A stretch of 28,119 bases of DNA from an uncultured Nitrospiraceae bacterium (GTDB taxonomy: Bacteria; Nitrospirota; Thermodesulfovibrionia; Thermodesulfovibrionales; Dissulfurispiraceae), in the NCBI GenBank assembly GCA_963705105.1, contig CAVPIW010000015.1, positions 1 through 28,119 of the forward strand, in the 5' to 3' direction. This document shows, piece by piece, positions 26,962-28,119 of this stretch. Position 1 is the first letter of the stretch. Every line of letters starts with the position of its first letter. The position numbers and the translations under genes are program-made. The notes beneath the pieces are model-generated. The model searched no databases. It was given only the letters and a program-made list of their open reading frames with translations, and had not been told where the DNA came from.

Positions 26962-27915
26962 ATGAGTGATGTGAGAAAGCTCATCAGTATCGTCACGCCC
27001 TGCTACAACGAGGAGGACAACGTCGCCCTCTGCTATGAGACGGTGCGAAACCTTTTCGAGACGAAGCTGCCTGCATACGATTACGAGCACATCTTCTGCG
27101 ACAATGCGTCGACGGATTCCACCGTGGCGATGCTCAGGGAGATCGCAGGAGCGGACAAGAGGGTCAGGGTCATCGTGAACGCGAGGAATTTCGGACCCTT
27201 CCGGTCCATGTTCAACGGCCTGCTGAATACGAGGGGCGATGCCGTCCTGGTTTTTCTCGCCGCCGATATGCAGGACCCCCCGGAGCTGATCCCCGATTTC
27301 GTCGCCAAATGGGAGGAAGGGTACCAGATCGTCTACGGGATCAGGCACAAGCGGGAGGAGGGCTTTCTCATGGAGACGATGAGGAAGATTTACTACCGCC
27401 TCGTCAACAGGTTCGCCGACATTCACATACCGCCCGACGTCGGCGAGTTCCAGCTCATCGACCGGGTCGTGATGGACGCGCTGAAGCGGTTTGACGACTA
27501 TTATCCCTACGTGAGGGGGCTGATCGCGAGCTGCGGGTTCAGATCGACGGGCATCGCCTATACCATGCGGTCAAGGAAACGGGGGATGTCGAAGAACACA
27601 CTCTACCGGCTTCTCGACCAGGGGATCAACGGGCTGATCTCGTTCACGAACGTTCCCCTGAGGCTCTGCATGATCTTCGGCTTCATCCTGTCAGGACTGA
27701 GCATCACCTACGCCATCGTCCAGCTCGCACTGGTGCTGCTCTTTCACGAGCTGGCGCCTCCCGGTGTCCCGACCCTCATCATCGCGCTCTTTTTCTTTTC
27801 CGGCGTGCAGCTCTTTTTCATCGGGCTCCTGGGCGAATACATCGGCGCGATCCATTCGCAGGTGAGAAGGCAGCCCCTTGTCATCGAACGGGAGAGGATC
27901 AATTTCGGGGACTGA
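26962..27915 (+). CDS. GtrB/ArnC-like polyprenol-phosphate glycosyltransferase (GT2)
   Basis: ISIVTPCYNE, RNFG, ADMQDPP, two C-terminal TM helices, GEYIG. Confidence 0.9.
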   Translation: MSDVRKLISIVTPCYNEEDNVALCYETVRNLFETKLPAYDYEHIFCDNASTDSTVAMLREIAGADKRVRVIVNARNFGPFRSMFNGLLNTRGDAVLVFLAADMQDPPELIPDFVAKWEEGYQIVYGIRHKREEGFLMETMRKIYYRLVNRFADIHIPPDVGEFQLIDRVVMDALKRFDDYYPYVRGLIASCGFRSTGIAYTMRSRKRGMSKNTLYRLLDQGINGLISFTNVPLRLCMIFGFILSGLSITYAIVQLALVLLFHELAPPGVPTLIIALFFFSGVQLFFIGLLGEYIGAIHSQVRRQPLVIERERINFGD

Positions 27916-28119
27916 AGCGGAACCCGTAGAGCAGCCAGTCGGAAATCTCCCCTTCCGTAAGCGGCCTGTCGATCATCCAGAACGCCTCATAGTATGACCG
28001 GTGCTGGACGAAGAAGGAGCGCTGGGCGTTCAGCCCCAGGATCGCGTGGGTATACATGCCGGACATCCCGTAGAGGCTCGTCCCGTATGCCATCAGCGCC
28101 TTTTTCTTCATCTCGATTA
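27899..28119 (-). CDS. 3' end of an unidentified convergent gene (partial)
   Basis: Frame is open to the window edge; stop overlaps the end of the GtrB-like gene. Confidence 0.5.
   Translation of the reverse strand, partial: IEMKKKALMAYGTSLYGMSGMYTHAILGLNAQRSFFVQHRSYYEAFWMIDRPLTEGEISDWLLYGFRFSPRN

Overview
Bacterial genomic window with three zones. (1) 1-~6300: an integron-type gene-cassette array with no intI in the window and seven well-formed attC sites. The first cassette and its attC lie on the minus strand and all others on the plus strand. The two orientations meet back-to-back at a 248-bp ORF-less, highly structured element, which recurs almost identically at an attC crossover point 2 kb downstream. 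(2) ~6300-10750: backbone genes (methyltransferase, sirtuin, tRNA-Ala(CGC), frameshifted UPF0175/DUF3368 toxin-antitoxin pair, WaaG-like GT4, lone gspG). (3) 11090-27915: a surface-glycan cluster (1400-aa multi-domain GT, GT2s, GT-C-like membrane protein, rfbF, rfbG, epimerase, C-methyltransferase, split transketolase, GtrB-like GT). Nearly every long intergenic gap from 10 kb onward holds a member of a ~200-bp palindromic repeat family with covarying stems and two interchangeable centres. Host unknown; a Nitrospirota or Desulfobacterota-like organism is a weak guess. All calls are from reading the sequence, with no database searches.
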